NCBI GenBank assembly: GCA_002347295.1
Contig: DDXZ01000005.1
Coordinates: 27,537-91,536 of the forward strand
Length of the DNA: 64,000 bases
Origin: Dehalococcoidia bacterium UBA2247
GTDB taxonomy: Bacteria; Chloroflexota; Dehalococcoidia; UBA2247
Reading direction: 5' to 3'
Under the pieces are notes generated by a model. The model worked only from the letters and a program-made list of their open reading frames with translations. It was not told the DNA's origin and did not search any database. A program made the translations under genes and the position numbers. Shown piece by piece: positions 61,202-64,000 of this stretch; within the stretch, counting starts at the first letter, position 1; the number at the start of each line of letters is the position of its first letter.

Positions 61202-62118
61202 TCTCTTTTACCTATACCCAGCATTCTATCCACCGATTTTTTAGCCATGATACGAATATCTTCCGCTACTTTTACCTGTGGGGATAAATCTTCAAGCGAC
61301 CAGAGAATCTTTTCTAATGTTATTTTCTTCATATTGGGGCATATGGCCTGTTCAGATAAGGGAACAAAAAGTTTTTCCGGATTGTCCTTTTTTAGACGGT
61401 GTATAATTCCGATTTCCGTACCGATAATGATTTGTTCCGCATTCGACTCTCTGGCAAATCTTATGATACCACCGGTACTTAATACTGCGTCTGCCAGTGC
61501 TATTACTTCCGGCCGGCATTCCGGATGAACAACAACTTTTGCCTCGGGATATTCTTCTTTACGTTGTATGATGTGTTCCGGCAATATTTTGGCATGTGTG
61601 GGACAATATCCCTGCCAGAGTATTATTTCCTTATCGCTTTTAGTGGAGACATAATGTCCCAGATATTTGTCAGGAACAAAGATAACTTTATTGCAATCAA
61701 TGCTATTGACTATCTCGATAGCATTGGCGGAGGTACAACATATGTCCGATTCTGCTTTCACCCTGGCTGACGAGTTAATATAGCAAACTACAGGAATATC
61801 AGTAAACTCCTGTTTCTTTTCCCGCAAAGCATTGGCTGTTATCATATCTGCCATAGGACAGCCGGCATTTTTATCAGGAAGGAGAACAATTTTATCCGGA
61901 TTCAGTATTGAAGCTGTCTCCGCCATAAAATGAACACCGCAAAATACAATGACTTCTGCATCTGTAGCCGCTGCTTTCCGGCTCAGTTCCAATGAATCAC
62001 CGACAAAATCAGCAATATCCTGCACTTCTCCCAACTGATAATTATGTACCAGGATAATGGCTTTTCTCTTCTGTTTTAAATCTGCTATTTTTGCAGATAA
62101 TTCATTACTATTTCCCAC
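61198..62118 (-). CDS. nadA: Quinolinate synthase
   Basis: 306 aa; three-repeat NadA fold with conserved Cys ligands (CxMA..., HPEC). Confidence 0.85.
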   Translation of the reverse strand: MGNSNELSAKIADLKQKRKAIILVHNYQLGEVQDIADFVGDSLELSRKAAATDAEVIVFCGVHFMAETASILNPDKIVLLPDKNAGCPMADMITANALREKKQEFTDIPVVCYINSSARVKAESDICCTSANAIEIVNSIDCNKVIFVPDKYLGHYVSTKSDKEIILWQGYCPTHAKILPEHIIQRKEEYPEAKVVVHPECRPEVIALADAVLSTGGIIRFARESNAEQIIIGTEIGIIHRLKKDNPEKLFVPLSEQAICPNMKKITLEKILWSLEDLSPQVKVAEDIRIMAKKSVDRMLGIGKRE

Positions 62119-62288
62119 TTTTCTCCGAATGCTTTATTTAAGAAAAAACGATTGAACTGAATAGATTATACTCTGACATTATTTCACATATAATAATTAT
62201 AACATAACTTTTGTTATGTCGATTAACTCAGTGGCTTATTCATGCTTAAAGTAATTATCGGGAAGAGTACAAAGAAAGCGAATAGTTA

Positions 62289-63452
62289 TCAACAAGTTTT
62301 TTTTCTTAATGGAGATATAGTACGTAATTTTTTTACTATATCCGGTAATACATCCAGAACATATTCTACATCTTCAGTAGTGGTCCATTTTCCCATGGTG
62401 AATCGTAATGATCCACGTGCCTGTTCTGGCGACAAACCTGTACCGAGCAAGACATGTGATGGTTCATTGCTGGCTGAACTACAGGCAGAACCTGTGGAGG
62501 CGCAGATACCTTTCATATCCAGATTAACCAGTATCGCTTCTCCTTCTATAAATGCGATGCTAACATTAACATTATTAGGTAATCTCTGCTGCGGGTGGCC
62601 ATTAAGTTGAACCTCATCAATATTTTCCAGGCCATGAATCAATTTATCACGGAGAGTAGTCAATCGGATTGCTTCTTGCTCCATTTCGTTTTGCGCTATT
62701 TCCGCAGCTTTTCCGAAACCAACGATGCCCGGTACATTTTCTGTTCCGGCACGTTTCTCCCTTTCTTGTTCTCCGCCGTGCATAAAAGAGGTAATTTTAG
62801 TTCCCTTCTTGATAAATAGTGCCCCTACTCCTTTAGGCCCGTATAACTTGTGTGCCGATATGGATAATAAATCTATACCCCATTCTTTAACATTTATCGG
62901 GATATGTCCTGTCGTTTGTACGGCATCTGTATGGAAACAGACACCTTCCTGGTGAGCTATCCGGCTTATTTCTGCTATCGGCTGAATGGTACCGATCTCA
63001 TTATTGGCATGCATAATTGAGATAAGTATGGTCTTTTTTGTGATGGCGTCTCTAACATGGTCGGGATTAACCAGTCCATATTTATCTACGGGGAGATAGG
63101 TTACTCTATAGCCCATTTTCTCCAGGAAGCGGCATGTTTCTATGACTGCGTGGTGTTCAATGCAGCTGGTTATAATATGATTGCCTTTGCTCTTATTAGC
63201 GTAAACAACACCTTTAATCGCAAAATTATCTGCCTCCGTACCGCCACTGGTAAATATTATCTCATCGGACTGAGCGCCGATTAGCTGAGATACATTATTT
63301 CGTGCTTGTTCAACGGCTTGTCTTGCTTCTTGTCCACAGAAATATATACTGGAAGGATTACCAAAAACATTGCCAAAATAAGGCATCATTGCTGCCACTA
63401 CTTCCGGGTCTACCGGTGTTGTGGCGGCATAATCAAGATAAATACGTCTCAT
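62289..63452 (-). CDS. nifS: Cysteine desulfurase (second NifS paralogue)
   Basis: 387 aa; STGSACSS active-site region; paralogue of 60014..61201. Confidence 0.85.
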   Translation of the reverse strand: MRRIYLDYAATTPVDPEVVAAMMPYFGNVFGNPSSIYFCGQEARQAVEQARNNVSQLIGAQSDEIIFTSGGTEADNFAIKGVVYANKSKGNHIITSCIEHHAVIETCRFLEKMGYRVTYLPVDKYGLVNPDHVRDAITKKTILISIMHANNEIGTIQPIAEISRIAHQEGVCFHTDAVQTTGHIPINVKEWGIDLLSISAHKLYGPKGVGALFIKKGTKITSFMHGGEQEREKRAGTENVPGIVGFGKAAEIAQNEMEQEAIRLTTLRDKLIHGLENIDEVQLNGHPQQRLPNNVNVSIAFIEGEAILVNLDMKGICASTGSACSSASNEPSHVLLGTGLSPEQARGSLRFTMGKWTTTEDVEYVLDVLPDIVKKLRTISPLRKKTC

Positions 63453-64000
63453 TGATATAACCTCTTCTGGTCTTCTCCGAAGAATGTACCCTTTACAAAT
63501 GCGAAATTACGTTTTACTTTATCCTTACCGGCGACAATATCCATATGTCCCGGGAGCAAGTAATCAACATCAAGTTGAGATATACGGTCAATACTCTGCT
63601 CGAGTAAATTAATATCTCCCCCGGGTAAATCAGTTCTACCGATACTAACCATAAAAATAACATCACCTGTTATTAATACTTTTGATTCCTTCCAGTAGAG
63701 ACATATTGATTCCGGTGAATGCCCCGGTGTATGCAATACATTTAAGGGTATTCCTCCTGCATCGATTACATCGCCATCTTTTAGCAATAAATCAGGTTTA
63801 AATTCTATCGGTTTTAATCCTAGTATTCGCCCTATAGGACCCTGTGTCAGTTTATTATAGGAATCTGTGTTCTCATATATGGCAATTTTAGCCTTTCCTT
63901 TATTAATGGAAGAAGCTGCCCCAAAATGGTCCGGATGAGCATGTGTAATGATTATTTGTTCAATGTCATCCATGCTAAACCCATCCGTCTTCATAGAAGA
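63449..64000 (-). CDS. Metallo-beta-lactamase-fold hydrolase, likely N-terminally truncated by the window edge
   Basis: The HxHxDH motif (THAHPDH) lies only 15 aa from the first Met. The frame stays open to position 64000. Confidence 0.65.
   Translation of the reverse strand, partial: SSMKTDGFSMDDIEQIIITHAHPDHFGAASSINKGKAKIAIYENTDSYNKLTQGPIGRILGLKPIEFKPDLLLKDGDVIDAGGIPLNVLHTPGHSPESICLYWKESKVLITGDVIFMVSIGRTDLPGGDINLLEQSIDRISQLDVDYLLPGHMDIVAGKDKVKRNFAFVKGTFFGEDQKRLYQ

Overview
This 64-kb window comes from a roughly 40% GC bacterial chromosome, apparently an anaerobe. The anaerobe inference rests on a four-subunit 2-oxoacid:ferredoxin oxidoreductase (porGDAB), an archaeal-type A/V ATPase operon, a cofactor-independent ApgM-type phosphoglycerate mutase, a class II B12-dependent ribonucleotide reductase with NrdR, and PEP synthase. 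Most of the window is dense housekeeping sequence. Recognisable genes include hflX-miaA, tpiA-apgM-pgk, dprA-topA-xer-aroQ, clpP-tig, aspS, the dgt-like-dnaG-rpoD cluster, ffh, and an Fe-S/sulfur-relay cluster (tusA-dsrE-like-iscU-iscS-nadA-nifS). Five tRNA genes are present: Gly-UCC, Pro-UGG, Arg-CCG, Ser-CGA and Ser-GGA. The accessory content is concentrated in three places. First, the left ~10 kb is a virus-like module. A leftward operon encodes two paralogous GGGL-motif membrane proteins, a TM protein, a Zot/pI-like P-loop ATPase whose N-terminus is strikingly Zot-like, a small 2-TM protein, and a >770-aa secreted beta-helix-like protein that runs off the window. A divergent HTH regulator gene with a palindromic operator, two secreted proteins with C-terminal TM anchors, and an XRE regulator lie alongside. 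This fits best as a cryptic inovirus-like (or other membrane-virus-like) integrated element. Second, an AT-rich orphan island at 15.7-18 kb is followed by an intact, higher-GC IS5-family insertion sequence with TIRs and a TTAA duplication, sitting next to the tRNA genes. Third, two copies of a ~155-bp MITE-like structured repeat lie in opposite orientations, one beside a promoter-driven ~240-nt candidate ncRNA. Two unusual fusion proteins also stand out: a GAF + DUF559/Vsr-like nuclease-fold + HPRT protein, and an NrdJ with a ~150-aa N-terminal extension and a C-terminal zinc ribbon. No CRISPR array or rRNA was seen.
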